A stretch of 64,000 nt of DNA, from the NCBI GenBank assembly GCA_963765495.1, contig CAVXWP010000001.1:576001-640000 (forward strand). Reading direction: 5' to 3'. The stretch's first letter is position 1, and each line of letters begins with the position of its first letter. A program made the translations under genes and the position numbers. The notes beneath the pieces were generated by a model. That model had not been told where the DNA came from and did no database searches. It saw nothing but the letters and a program-made list of their open reading frames with translations. Shown in pieces: positions 28,120 to 39,793 of this stretch. Origin of the DNA: Blastocatellia bacterium. GTDB taxonomy: Bacteria; Acidobacteriota; Blastocatellia; UBA7656.

Positions 28120-30765
28120 ATGCAAAGACGGTTATCTTTTATCCGGTTGCTCAGCCTGATTCTCGTTCTCGCGTCCGTATTCAATCAGGCGTGGTCGCAG
28201 ACCCGAACCCTCGATGGAAATTTGAGAGTCAGGGCGATTGATCCGCTAGGCGCGGCACTCGACCGGGCTCGCGTAAGAGTGGTGTCGGCCGAAGGGCGCG
28301 AAGAGGCGAGTGAAACCAATCAGAAAGGCGAGGCTTTCTTTCAAAAGCTTGCGCCCGGCCGGTACAAAATTATGGCCGAGGCCGACGGGTTCGAACCTGT
28401 ACAGGTGAGCGATGTTACCGTAAAAGCAGGCAACAATCAGTTCGAGATTCGGCTTGAGGTGGCTCACGTAAAAGAAGAGATGGCCGTCTCTCGCGACAAC
28501 CGCGAAAAGCAGACCGACCCCAACGGCAACGCATTCTCGACCATTCTGACAGAAGATGATATTGCCAATCTGCCCGATGACCCGGAGGAGCTTTCAGCCG
28601 CCTTGCGCGATATGGCCGGACCGGGCGCAGGACCTCGGGACCCAACCATTCGTATCAATGGGTTTCGCGGAGGCAAGCTGCCTCCCAAGTCTCAGATACG
28701 CGAAATCCGATTTCGCATGAACCCCTACTCCGCCGAAAATCACGATGCCGATTTAGTAAGCATAGACGTATTCACAAAACCGGGAGTTGACCTCTGGCAC
28801 GGCAATATGAATTTCGCCTTCAGAGACGAGTCCTTTAACGCGCGCAATCCTTTTGCCCCTTTTCGCGGACCTGAGCAAAATCGGCGCTACGGTTTTGATC
28901 TTGGCGGGCCGCTCTGGCGCAACCACACATCGCTGTTTGTGAATGTCGAAGGGACATCTCTTTATGATTCCCAGACGATAGTGGCTGCGCTGCCCGAGGG
29001 CAATTTTTCAGACCTTATCCGCCGCCCCTCGCGCTCGCTTGACGGTTCGGCCCGAGTCGAGCACGCGCTGACAAAGACGCACAACCTGATGGTCGAATAT
29101 CAGCGCAACGCTCGTTTGCAAGAGAATCTCGGCGTAGGCGATTTCGACCTCGCCGACCGCGCTTACTCGACCGATGTGGTTGAAAATATTTTTCGCCTGT
29201 CCGATTCCGGTTTGCTCTCAAAGAGGATGATAAACGATTTCCGGTTTCAGGCTCGATGGCAGAGCCTCGATTCGCATTCGGCCACGAGTGCGCCCGCCAT
29301 ACTAGTGCTCGACGCCTTCAACCGAGGCGGCGCGCAGATAGAAAATCGTCGCCGCACGCGTGAGCTCGAACTTGCCGATAATGTCAACTTCGCCTCCGGC
29401 AAACATTCCATGAAGGCGGGCGCTTTGCTTGAAGCCGCAGGTTACACGAGCCGCGACCTTCAAAACACGGGCGGCACTTTCACATTCGCGAGCCTTGAAG
29501 ATTTTCGCCTGGGTCGCCCGACCACTTTCACCGAGCGAGCCGGAGAGGCCGATGTGTCGTATTCCCAGTATCAGTTCGGCTGGTTCTTTCAAGACGACTG
29601 GAAGCTGACCAAAGGTCTGACCCTGAGCCTGGGGCTCCGCCACGAAGTCCAGAACCATCTGGGCGATCGCAACAATTTTTCGCCGCGAATCGGGGTGGCG
29701 TGGTCTCCGTTCAAGAACGGGCAGACGACTTTTCGCGCGGGCGCAGGCGTATTTTACGACTGGTTTGCCGCCGAGACTTTCGAGCAGACCCTTCGCGTAG
29801 ACGGCAAGCGCCAGCAGGAGATCGTCGTTCGCAATCCCGGGTTTCCCGATCCGTTTGGCGGCGGCGATTCGATAACGCTTCCGCCCGGTCGAATCATGAG
29901 CGCGCCCGATCTCAAACTTCCCGCCGTTGAGCAGGCATCATTTATGGTAGAGCGCAGGCTGACAAAGACTCTGATGCTCAGAAGCGGCTACACCTATCAA
30001 TCGGGCGTAAATCTGCTGCGCGGCCACAACATCAACGCGCCGATTCCCGGGCTTGGGCGGCCCGACCCGACGGCGGGAAATATCATTCAGATAGAGTCAA
30101 CGGCCCGGTCTACGCTGCACATGTTCAACGTAGGCGTGAGTCGCCTGACCAGAGGGTTCCATTTTAATTTGAACTATTCGCTATCGAAGGCTACAAACGA
30201 GGCGGATTCGCCGCTTGCCTTGCCCGCAGACAATTTCGATCTGCGAGCCGAGCGCGGCCCCGCCCCCTGGGATGCGCGCCATCGCCTTTTCGGATTGGTG
30301 ACCGCAAATCTTATAAAGGGATTCCGGCTGGGAGCTACGTTTACCGCGCGCTCGGCCACGCCTTACGACATCACAACCGGCTTTGACGACAACGGCGACA
30401 GCGTAAGCAACGACCGGCCCGAGGGAGTTACGCGCAACAGCGCGCGGGGCTCTGCCCGGTGGGATATGGGAGCGCGTTTGAGCTGGGGGTTTGGTTTTGG
30501 CAAGCGGCCCGATACGGGAGCGCGTGGCGGGCGGCCAAAAATGATTCGCATACGTGACGGGGATGACGCGCTCGGCATGGTCAGTGGCGACCCGCAAGCG
30601 GTCGATAAGCGATGGCGCATGGATTTTTATATACAGGCCAACAATCTGTTCAATCACACAAACCTGATGAATTTCACCGGGGTAGAGACCTCGCCCTTCT
30701 TTGGGCAGGCGATTGCAGCCGCGCCCGGGCGCAGGATCGAAACCGGAATGAAGTTCAGCTTCTAG
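28120..30765 (+). CDS. TonB-dependent receptor-like outer membrane protein (Oar-type) with carboxypeptidase-regulatory-like N-domain
   Basis: Signal peptide, DPLGA..PGRY N-domain, FFQDDWK..LSLGLR, NFSPRIG.AW, C-terminal Phe. Confidence 0.88.
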   Translation: MQRRLSFIRLLSLILVLASVFNQAWSQTRTLDGNLRVRAIDPLGAALDRARVRVVSAEGREEASETNQKGEAFFQKLAPGRYKIMAEADGFEPVQVSDVTVKAGNNQFEIRLEVAHVKEEMAVSRDNREKQTDPNGNAFSTILTEDDIANLPDDPEELSAALRDMAGPGAGPRDPTIRINGFRGGKLPPKSQIREIRFRMNPYSAENHDADLVSIDVFTKPGVDLWHGNMNFAFRDESFNARNPFAPFRGPEQNRRYGFDLGGPLWRNHTSLFVNVEGTSLYDSQTIVAALPEGNFSDLIRRPSRSLDGSARVEHALTKTHNLMVEYQRNARLQENLGVGDFDLADRAYSTDVVENIFRLSDSGLLSKRMINDFRFQARWQSLDSHSATSAPAILVLDAFNRGGAQIENRRRTRELELADNVNFASGKHSMKAGALLEAAGYTSRDLQNTGGTFTFASLEDFRLGRPTTFTERAGEADVSYSQYQFGWFFQDDWKLTKGLTLSLGLRHEVQNHLGDRNNFSPRIGVAWSPFKNGQTTFRAGAGVFYDWFAAETFEQTLRVDGKRQQEIVVRNPGFPDPFGGGDSITLPPGRIMSAPDLKLPAVEQASFMVERRLTKTLMLRSGYTYQSGVNLLRGHNINAPIPGLGRPDPTAGNIIQIESTARSTLHMFNVGVSRLTRGFHFNLNYSLSKATNEADSPLALPADNFDLRAERGPAPWDARHRLFGLVTANLIKGFRLGATFTARSATPYDITTGFDDNGDSVSNDRPEGVTRNSARGSARWDMGARLSWGFGFGKRPDTGARGGRPKMIRIRDGDDALGMVSGDPQAVDKRWRMDFYIQANNLFNHTNLMNFTGVETSPFFGQAIAAAPGRRIETGMKFSF

Positions 30766-30822
30766 AATTTGAGATTTGAAATATGAGATTTGAGATTTGG
30801 GATTCCAGATTCCAGATTTCAG
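30766..30822. repeat. Degenerate heptamer tandem (ATTTGAG family)
   Basis: AATTTGAGATTTGAAATATGAGATTTGAGATTTGGGATTCCAGATTCCAGATTTCAG; similar tracts near 5256, 22445, 40035, 43608. Confidence 0.7.
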
Positions 30823-30862
30823 CATTCGACAGCAAGAGCCGCCCGTGTAATAATTTCGATCT

Positions 30863-31960
30863 ATGCGTTTAAGTATCAGGCATATTCGGGCGGCGCTCCT
30901 GTCGATCCTGCTTCTTTCAATCCCGGTCGCGGCGGCCAACTGGGAACGCGGTGTGGCGCTTTATAACAAGGGCGATTTCCGGGCGGCGCTGGCCGAGTTC
31001 CAGGACATTGTCCGAGAGCGCGCTGATGTTGCGGGCGCGTGGTATTACATAGGGCTTTGCGAGTTCAATCTGAAGCGCTACAACCGCGTAGAGTTGCCCC
31101 TTGAACGCGCCATTGATCTGCTTGAGATACAGACGCCCGCAAGCCCGGACATCGCGGGCGCGTGGTATACCATAGGCATTTCGCACTACCTGTCGAACGA
31201 ATACGATAAAGCCATCGAGCCGCTCAACCGATATATCGAAATCGCCACGAAGTCGAAGCGCGAAGTCGATCCAAGCGCGCGGGCGGCGCTTGGCCGGGCC
31301 TATTTTTTCCTCGAGCGTTATGATGAGGCCGCGCCCTTGCTTGCCGGCGCGGCGGCAAACGACAAGGCGAAAGAGAGCGGGACCGATTCTTATTATCTGG
31401 GCGCAATCTATTTCAAACGCGAAGACGACGACCACGCCATCCCCGCCCTCAAACAGGCTGTCAAAGCCAATCCTGAGGATACGGCCGCGCTTGAACTGCT
31501 CGCCGAAAGCCTTATGCGCAAGGCGCGCAAGCCCGGCTCCGACGCGCTCTGGCTGGAGTCGATTGAAGCGGGCGAGCGACTTCAGGCCATTCGCGACGAT
31601 TTGAAAACGGCCAACATTTTGGGGCGAGCTTACCTGGGCGCGCGGCAGTTCGACAAGGCCGTCGCGCCGCTTGAAAAACTGGCAAAGGCAAACCCGGATA
31701 ACGGGCAGGCGTGGCTTTATTATGGAATAGCGCTTTCGCGCAGCGGAAGGATGAGAAAGGCTATGGAGGCGCTGGAAATAACAATAACGCTGATGCCGGA
31801 TTCAATCCCGGCGCTGTCGGAACTCGGTTACGTTTACGAAAGCGATAAGCAGTATCAACAGGCCCTTCGCATTTACGAAAAAGCCTTTAACGCCTCAAGT
31901 GACCCCGCGATGAAAGAGAGCATGGAGCGAGTCCGCGCTCTTGCCGCTCAACAGCCCTGA
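30863..31960 (+). CDS. Exported tetratricopeptide repeat protein
   Basis: Signal peptide; repeated AWYYIG / AWYTIG / AWLYYG TPR patterns. Confidence 0.88.
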   Translation: MRLSIRHIRAALLSILLLSIPVAAANWERGVALYNKGDFRAALAEFQDIVRERADVAGAWYYIGLCEFNLKRYNRVELPLERAIDLLEIQTPASPDIAGAWYTIGISHYLSNEYDKAIEPLNRYIEIATKSKREVDPSARAALGRAYFFLERYDEAAPLLAGAAANDKAKESGTDSYYLGAIYFKREDDDHAIPALKQAVKANPEDTAALELLAESLMRKARKPGSDALWLESIEAGERLQAIRDDLKTANILGRAYLGARQFDKAVAPLEKLAKANPDNGQAWLYYGIALSRSGRMRKAMEALEITITLMPDSIPALSELGYVYESDKQYQQALRIYEKAFNASSDPAMKESMERVRALAAQQP

Positions 31961-32056
31961 AGTATGCGGAGGCGGTGAGCAAAGGCGAGAGACCCGCAAT
32001 CGACACGCCACTCGATTTCCCCTTATTTACGTTTCACTTTGTAGAGCAAAGCTCGT

Positions 32057-32419
32057 TCAGGCCGATGGAGACGCCTCGGCGGCTTTGAATGAGTCGAGGG
32101 CTTCTTTCTCGCCTTCGTATGTGTCAAAGACGGTAATCAGTTTGGTTATGGTCAGCAAATCCTGAATGCGTTTGGTCAGGCTTACGAGCTTCAACTGTCC
32201 TCCTTCGCGCTTGACGGTCGTATAGCTGCTGATGAGCGAGCCGAGCCCGGCCGAATCCAGATAGGTCACATCGCCCAGGTTTAGCAGTATCTGTCGCTGT
32301 CCATCGGCCAGAAGGTCTCTGATTCGGTCTTTGATTTGAAGGTCGCCTTCGCCTAAGATGATCTTGCCCGATAAATCAAGCACGCTCACACCGTTGACGA
32401 CCCTTTCTCTTATGTTCAT
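32057..32419 (-). CDS. STAS domain anti-sigma factor antagonist
   Basis: LNLGDVTYLDSAGLG.L motif with phospho-Ser; GAGGAG SD. Confidence 0.92.
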   Translation of the reverse strand: MNIRERVVNGVSVLDLSGKIILGEGDLQIKDRIRDLLADGQRQILLNLGDVTYLDSAGLGSLISSYTTVKREGGQLKLVSLTKRIQDLLTITKLITVFDTYEGEKEALDSFKAAEASPSA

Positions 32420-32856
32420 AGCGTTCTCCTCGTTAATGTTCTCTGAAGTCGTGAAATTATCATAGCGCGGCACATGAGTAAACCCCTTGTGAGTTGATCC
32501 GTCGCATGCGTGGCCTATCAGCCAGGGTCATTCAGTTTTCCAATATGTAGAAAGGGAAAAGGCGAATAGGCCGGGACGGACGCGTATGCGACGGATTTTC
32601 GCGGATCTGACTCTATATGATTTAATCCGAGTAGGTCAGCTGCAATTCCCCGTCAGCGTGCTGCGGCTCCATTTCAACTCCCTCTTGCGCGATACCTGCA
32701 GCTTGCTGCGAGGAGCTTAATTATTTTTTCCGCCTAAAATAATTCAAAGTTCTCCTTTTGTCCTCAACTCAAGAACTGAATGGCCCTGCCTATCAGGGCA
32801 TGTCTTTCCTTCAAATCCACCTCTGAAGATTATCGACGACGCTTGCCAAAAAAATC

Positions 32857-32896
32857 GGCGCGACCGCTTCAAGAAATTTCTTGAAGCGGTCGCGCC
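32857..32896. terminator. Perfect 40-bp palindrome, probable bidirectional intrinsic terminator
   Basis: GGCGCGACCGCTTCAAGAAA/TTTCTTGAAGCGGTCGCGCC with an A tract on the left and T tract on the right; 37 bp past the C25 gene stop. Confidence 0.75.
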
Positions 32897-32933
32897 TTTT
32901 ATCAATCAGGCCGGATGATCGCAAGCAAAGCGA

Positions 32934-35900
32934 TCATCTCAGTTTTGTCGTAGGATCTCCGAGCAATACCCAGGTCCGGCGCACGTCCGGATCGGTTATC
33001 GCAGATTTCGCACGTCTCGTCGCTTCGCCGAGCGTCAATCCTTCGCCGCCGAACAAGCGCCGGTACGCTTCCTGATTCATCAGCCATTGATCGCCCGGTT
33101 GTGTAGTCCCTGTCGAAGCCCACACGGCTACTGCTCCTCCCTGTGTTGACTTCAACATAGACTCTGCAAGAGAGTCGACCGACGGGTCTTCAAAGTACCC
33201 GTTCAGACACGTCATGGTGATAAAGAGCGACAACTGATTTCTGTTTGTCAGCGCGCTTGCGTCTCCCGAGGTCAGGATATTGCCTCTCCACAGATTCAAC
33301 GATCCGTGACCTGTGTAGTTGACTATCTTTGCACCACGATTGATCGCGTCTATGATCTGGCCCCTCGTGGTCGCGTCGTCTGTGATACCCCGATCTATCT
33401 CTTCGACTCTGAGCGAGCCGGGGATCAGCGCCCTTAAGGCCGTGTTCATCTCCGCGAAGTTCATCCCATCGTTGCTGTCGGCCACAAGCACTACGCTGCT
33501 TCCCGCGCGGCTATTGTCATAGCCTACGATCTTGCCGACCATAATTGATGCTTCCTGCGCGGTTCTAAACGGCAATCGCCCAAGCGCCACGTTCGCTATC
33601 GCGTCACCATCCGGGTCCACGAGCGCATCGTCGCTTGCGGTCTCCATCAACGCCGTGTCTACAAGCTTCGTAGGCACGAGGTCTGTCACCCCGTATCCGA
33701 GATAGTCTCTCGGGTCGTAGCTTGCGTCTCCGGCAAGCAAGACGTGAGTCGGCTTCCGCTTCCAGCTTGTTATGGCGTAATTCAGGAAGTCTTCAACCGC
33801 CTGCGCGCTCTTGTTTCCGAAGTTGAACTCGTCATAGATGTCTTCGACCTTTATCACACCGACGGCCATCTTCTGGCTCTGCCTGAGCGCCTTCAACTGA
33901 TCAAGCGCCCCCGCGTACTGCTTCGGTGTGATTATCAGGAAATCGGCCCCGTTCGAGGTTTGTCTCAAGCTCGACGGTTCGTTTGCTTCGGCAGATGCCA
34001 CCTGCCTCACCTGATCGGAGGCATAGGCAAGCATGGTTCTCTGCCCCGATCCCTGCGCGAGCACCGTGATCGAGTAGCTGCCTTTTTGATTCACAACCGT
34101 CCCGCTCACTTCCTGTACAACGTTCGGGTCGGTCACATCCATTACTTTGATCTGGCTGCTCGTGAACCCGCCGATTGTCACCGTCTGTTTGGCATCGGCC
34201 GTCAGTCTGAGGGAGTTGTTTTCAGCCGCGTAGAGATGCCGATAGCTGATGCGTGTGTAATCGATAAGGTTCACATCGGTCCCGCCGTTGAGACTCAGCA
34301 GGCTTATGACATTGTCGCCGTCTCTCAACTGCGACTGCAAAACAGGAATCGAGAGTGTGCCCTCTTCCTGCCCGTTGAAGCTCAACTCGCCTACACTCAC
34401 TCCATTGAGTTGGATGCTCACCCGGTGCGGAACCTGCGTCACACCTTGCACGGCGACTTCAATCAATGCGTTTGATTCAACCGACCTATCCAACTGTCTG
34501 AGAGTCAACGTCTGATCCGCCGATGATGACGAGGTTATGACCGCGCCAAAGAAATTCTCTTTATCGCCGTTTCTAAGCGACGAGAAATAGATCGTGCGGT
34601 CACGGCGTTCGACCGTATAGCCGAATCCGCTCGGCCCGGCAACAAGCGTCTTGCCTGACGGTGCGGTAGCGATCCTCTTGCCTGCCGATGCGCCTTCGAC
34701 GAGCCAGTAGACCCGCGTGTCAGTTGAAGGCGTATCGAGCCCGAGTCCATAAAATTCGATTGAATCCGAGGCATCAAATCGCCCGTCACCTTCTCCGTTG
34801 ACCCGGATAGGCACTTCAACCCCGCCTACGAACAATTGCAGGTTGCGCGGGTTGACCGTCGAAGCAAGACCCGATTGCACGAGTTCAGGCTGAGTGACGC
34901 GATACCACGCTTCGTTCTTGACCGACAGTTTGACCGCTGGTTGAGCGGCAAGAGTCGATTGGAGACTGACAAGCGCCGGGTGACAACTGAGCCGGAGAGG
35001 CCGCGCGACGTAACGATGTCGAGCCGGTTCCAAGGCTGAGTTGAGAGGCGTGCTGTCCGAGCCTCGCAAGGAATGTGGCGCGGGATTCGGAGATGGATTT
35101 GCTTTGACTCGACGTGATGTCAATCGGACCATAGAAATTGGACCTGCCCTTGAGATCAACATCTTCGATCCAGTACCTGACACCCTTTCCACCCGATGAA
35201 GGAATATCGAGCCACGCGTAAGAAAGCCCCGCATTGAGCGCGGTGTCAGCGCCCGCAACCAGAGCCGATCCGGCGATCAGTTGAGGCGTTATGCGGACGC
35301 GCTGTCCGTTCTGCTCGCGGTACACATTGTAGCCGAGGTTCTGGACTTCGTTGGCCGTCTGCCACTCGATTGCAACGCGCCCGTCGTCGTAGCCCGTGGC
35401 TTTGGCCGTATCGAGTTTGACGGCGGTCGGCACGGTTATGATGATCAGGTTGTTGCCGGTCAGGCTCTGCCCGTCCGGGTTTATGATCGTCACATTTTGC
35501 GTGCCGGTAGAGGCGGCGGTCGTGTTGAGATTCAGCGTCACCGAGGTCGGGCTGTTATAGGTTACGCTGTTGACTATCACTCCGCCCGTTACGGTCGCGT
35601 CTATCCGGCAATTAAAGCCCGCGCCCGGATCATAGAAACCTGATCCGTTGACCACGGTGCCGGTGATCGTGACATTGAAAGGAAGTCTCATTCTGAGGGA
35701 CGGCAAACGGCGTGGACATAGAGGGAGTCGCCGGAGGCGGAGCCAGCAGCTTCACAGCCCTCACGCCATAAGTGTTTGTCCCGTTGCAGTATTCCTGAAT
35801 GGTCCATATCGTCATGTCGTCGCAGGGGTCGAGGCTCGTGTACGAGTAATCGCCCCAGCGGCGTCCGCCCCCCCCGCCCGGATCGCTCGGCGGATTGTAA

Positions 35901-37661
35901 GCCGTGCTGCTCGCGGTATAGCCCAGAAGCGTGGACCCGCCCGGTCCGTCTCTGAGCGTGCCGAGCGTATCGCCCGCGAGGCGGCCCGTCGTGAAGGCGT
36001 TTATGCGCTCGCTTGTTCCGGCGATGCTGCATCCGAGCGCCGCGTGCCCCTGCCCGGAAACCATTATAGAAGGTATCCAGTAGTTTCTCTGATTTGCGTC
36101 AACTATTCGCAGTATTGTCAAACAGCGTGCCCGATTGACGAACAGTGGGCGTAGTGGTCGAGGTTTTGAATCTCGTACCACCGCACAGCATTACGATTGC
36201 GAGGAGCGGTCGCTCCCACCTGTGGCATTTACGCCTGTATTATGGGCGGTCCACAGGCGACCGTTTCTCAGGTGTGCCGCGTACAATCTATCGTCGAGGC
36301 TATCGAGCCTGCCGTTGTTGCCGCCCGTGTTACCGAGATGCGGAACCAGCACAGAGGCGTTAGTGGTTGTAACGGTCAGTAGGATGTTCGCCGAAATCGT
36401 AGGCGTTCCACCGGGATTGGTGATGCGACGAAAATCCAATCGGCTGAAGAAGCGCCGCATCAACTCCTACGAAGTACCCCACCGCCGTAGGCCCCGTATT
36501 GTTCGGGTCGTAATTATCAACACCTCTGGGCGCAAACGGACCCGTAGAGCCGACTACCAGATTTGCAAATGTGGTGAATACGATTGGCCCGGCCCCGAGT
36601 ATCGAAGATTTTCTGATGACATACGCATTCGTATTTACGAAAGAGCCGGCCAACGAAAATTGATCGGTGCCGATATAAAGGGCATCCGCGTCTATGCCAA
36701 GCGACGGGTAATCGGCAAAATTGGTTGCGTCTGATTGAAACTGGAAGAAAGTCCAGACCGTGGCTCCCGTCAGTACGCTGTTGCTGCTCACAGCAAACAG
36801 TATGCGATTCGGCCTGGTCGTAGCGCCGGTTGTGCCGTTCAAGACAACGTCAATGATGGTCAGGAACCAGCGACCCGACAATCGGTCATAGCGCACATTC
36901 GGATCGGATGTAAATGCGACCTCGCCCACCCCCGGCGTGCTAATGACCGTGGCGAAAAAGACATCCGAGTCCACATTCAAAACACCATCGGCCACCCCTG
37001 TGTCCTTATTGAATGTCCGTATGCGACCGTTGAGGAATACGAGAAACTGCGACGGGCCGACAGCGCCCATCGTGTCGGGAGGAAAGGCTCCGGTCTCGGT
37101 CGGGCCGGTCGCGCCGTCAAAGGCGGTGCTCGGCGTCTGCGGGCCGGAGGGGAGAGGCGCTGCTTCGGGAGCGGATTTATCTACAGGGGGCCATTGCGGC
37201 GCGTCTATCGCTCCGGGCGCTTGCGGAAGGTTGCTTCTATCGGGGCCTTCCAACTCTCGCATAAGGCTTCGCGGATTGAACTTTTTGGCCGGAGTTGCGG
37301 CCTGTAAATCCATGATCTCGGCCGAGGTCTTTTGAATGCCTAAAGCGCCGTATTGCGGCGTGCCGACCATTTCGCCGATGCCTTCTCGCTGCTCGGATCG
37401 GTCGGCCTCTTTGGCCTCTTCCGATTCTTCCTTTTCAGATTTCTCGGTTGATTTGATTGATTTTGTTGATTTCGGGTCAACGCTCTTCTTGGCGGCAGGA
37501 GCTGCGCCCGATCCTTTTGATACCTTTTGAGCAGAGATAACGGCTGTAAAGGAGAGGGCCACAAACAAGCAAAGCAAAAAAGCTATAGACTTGCGGTTGG
37601 CCAATCTCGCCCGAGCAGCAATCGCTGAAGTGAATATGGAATAAAGCTCTCTTTTCTTCAT
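32934..37661 (-). pseudogene. Large secreted protein (about 1570 aa when repaired) with C-terminal peptidase C25 (gingipain) domain; six apparent +1 frameshifts (pseudogene or assembly error)
   Basis: GGGAGG SD, MKKRE start and signal segment; PPDTMGAVGP, DYPSLG, RWGDYS motifs; C25 VLLAGDA, GRLP, NYTGHG, MTCLNG, LLGDP; ORF-track fragments join up after removing one base near each of 36452, 36211, 36160, 36107, 35679, 34977. Confidence 0.8.
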
Positions 37662-38287
37662 AATTATTTTTCTGATCCTCCCTACTTTAAGTAACTTCCA
37701 GACGAGCCAACCGATTCGGTGAATAATCGACCTGCCGGAGTACAAGTGCGACGAACTGTTACAACTACCAAACCCTTTCACGTCAATTTCCACTGATAAA
37801 TTGTCAGGATGGCGAGGCGCCTGCTTGTATTATCTGAAAGACTCCGGCCCGCGCTGAACGATCCGAAAACAGCAAGTACAAGCTTTCCATTAAATTCGAT
37901 TGCTCTTGATAGCACTCGATTCCAGGTGCAATCGAACCTCTACGTTGTCATTAATAATACAGCTTGCCTGAAAAACGTCAGGGGCTGATGGCCAGATGGC
38001 TCAAGATGAAATCTAGTTCAAGACTTCAAGCAACTCAAAAAACCACAAAAGCCCCGATGCACGGCCTTGCACCGAAAAAGTTGAAATAGGCCAACCGCCC
38101 TGTTTTAAACCTGCTGGAACCCGAAAGACCTGGTTTCGCTCAAAGAGGCCGTTTGCGCGCGCTATTTTATTCTAAATCCGGGTTGATTGCAATAAGGATG
38201 GAAATGAAGAAACCATTGTGCATGATTTGCAATAATTGTAGAATACGGGCGAACCTCCTCAATACAGAGACGGTTCTTTCGTCAGTC

Positions 38288-38326
38288 ATGGCCGACCGGA
38301 GTCGCGACCGGTCGGCCATCTGTTTT
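38288..38326. terminator. Hairpin downstream of the HEAT-repeat gene
   Basis: ATGGCCGACCGG / CCGGTCGGCCAT 12-bp stem. Confidence 0.55.
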
Positions 38327-38350
38327 CGGATACTCAGACTCTCACAAAGA

Positions 38351-39793
38351 TCAATTCGGGCTTGCCGAACGGCGCGGGCGAGTCTCCCTCTGCAACACTT
38401 CGTCGCGGGCGCGAGGCCGACCGCTCATACGCCACTCGATGCGTTTGATTGCGACCGTCGCCATATCGGACGTATCTGCGCCCGAAGTCCGCGCCACCGG
38501 CTCAAGTTCGCGCACCGTATCCTGGTTGCCTATCTGGCCGAGTATGTCAATCACCTTGCGCCGAACGGTCTTGTTGCTCGATCTGATGTAAGGGTAGAGG
38601 TCGGCAGGGTCGTTGCTCTCCAAGAGATACTCGCGCATCGTTTCTTCTTTATCGCTGTCGAGTTCGTTGACGATGTAGCGGATATTGGGGCGGCTGCCCA
38701 TCTTATAAATCGCCCAGTGCTGGGCCAGTTTCACATCGCTGTCGCGCTCGACAAGCACAAGGCGCGAAATCTGATCCATGTAGTGCGGGTCGGCTATGCG
38801 CGCAAGCCCTTCGAAGGCGTACTGACGGCGGTCGCCGTCCGGGTCGCCCATGTTCTCTACGAATATCTGTTCGGCCCTTTCGTCGCCTATGAGCGAGAGC
38901 GCCCACAGCGCCGCCTCGTCTCGCGGCGGCAAATAAGTAAACACTCCCTTCACCTTGCGCGTGACCCGCGAGAAGGTGTTTCTTTTCTGGGGACCGAGCC
39001 CGTAAACGGAAAGCAGAGGCTCGACGGCCGGGCGATATTTGAGCGCGCCGGCCGCATACATCGCCTGCGTGCGAACCTTCTGATCCGAATCGCGGAAGAA
39101 GGGAATAAGGTATTGTCCTGCCGCCGGGTCTCCGATTTTTATAAAGGCTCGGATTACGTCTATGCGGACGTCCTGGTCGGCGTTGAGCGCGTCGGCCAGT
39201 TGAGGCAGCGCATTATAGCCGCGCAGAACGCCGAGCGCGCGAATGGCGGCTATGCGGACATCGCGCTCGTTATCCCCCCGGGCCGATTGGCCGAGCGCAT
39301 TTATGATCGAGGGATCAACCTGTATATAAGGCTCTATGATCTCGTGATCGCTCGTATCCAGAAAAGGATTGAAGCGATTCCATCCCGTGCGCCGGTTTGT
39401 GATGAAATCAATATCGTGTTCGGTGTAGAGGGCGACAAGGGCCTTGACCGCAGTTGAGCGCACATCCTTGTCGGAATCCTTGAGCGCGCCAAGCATCTCG
39501 GGGAGGGCCGAGAAATCCTTTATCAATCCGAGCGCCCAGACGGCTTCGGCGCGTACCTCGCGGTTGTCGTCTTTGCTTGCGGAGACGGCAAGCGCTTCGA
39601 CAACGAGTTGAGTGCGAAAACGGCGCTCGCCCAGTTTGTGCGCGGCATCGCGTCGAGTGTCGGCGTTGGGGCTTTTCAGATACGCAAGCAATGTTTCGAG
39701 TGATTGAGTCTCGCCGAGCGCAGGCACTGAAAGCGCCAGCGTCGCAAACGCGAGAATCAATAGACGCGCGTTTATCTTTGTTTTTGAAATCAT
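38351..39793 (-). CDS. Exported HEAT-repeat protein
   Basis: Signal peptide; repeated D.DVR..A..ALG units. Confidence 0.88.
   Translation of the reverse strand: MISKTKINARLLILAFATLALSVPALGETQSLETLLAYLKSPNADTRRDAAHKLGERRFRTQLVVEALAVSASKDDNREVRAEAVWALGLIKDFSALPEMLGALKDSDKDVRSTAVKALVALYTEHDIDFITNRRTGWNRFNPFLDTSDHEIIEPYIQVDPSIINALGQSARGDNERDVRIAAIRALGVLRGYNALPQLADALNADQDVRIDVIRAFIKIGDPAAGQYLIPFFRDSDQKVRTQAMYAAGALKYRPAVEPLLSVYGLGPQKRNTFSRVTRKVKGVFTYLPPRDEAALWALSLIGDERAEQIFVENMGDPDGDRRQYAFEGLARIADPHYMDQISRLVLVERDSDVKLAQHWAIYKMGSRPNIRYIVNELDSDKEETMREYLLESNDPADLYPYIRSSNKTVRRKVIDILGQIGNQDTVRELEPVARTSGADTSDMATVAIKRIEWRMSGRPRARDEVLQRETRPRRSASPN

Noticed and set aside
34970-36460. Programmed frameshifting or phase variation in the C25 gene
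   Set aside because: Six shifts, mostly outside homopolymers or slippery sites, are implausible as a programmed mechanism.
38153-39457. 434-aa plus-strand ORF
   Set aside because: Antisense shadow of the HEAT-repeat gene.
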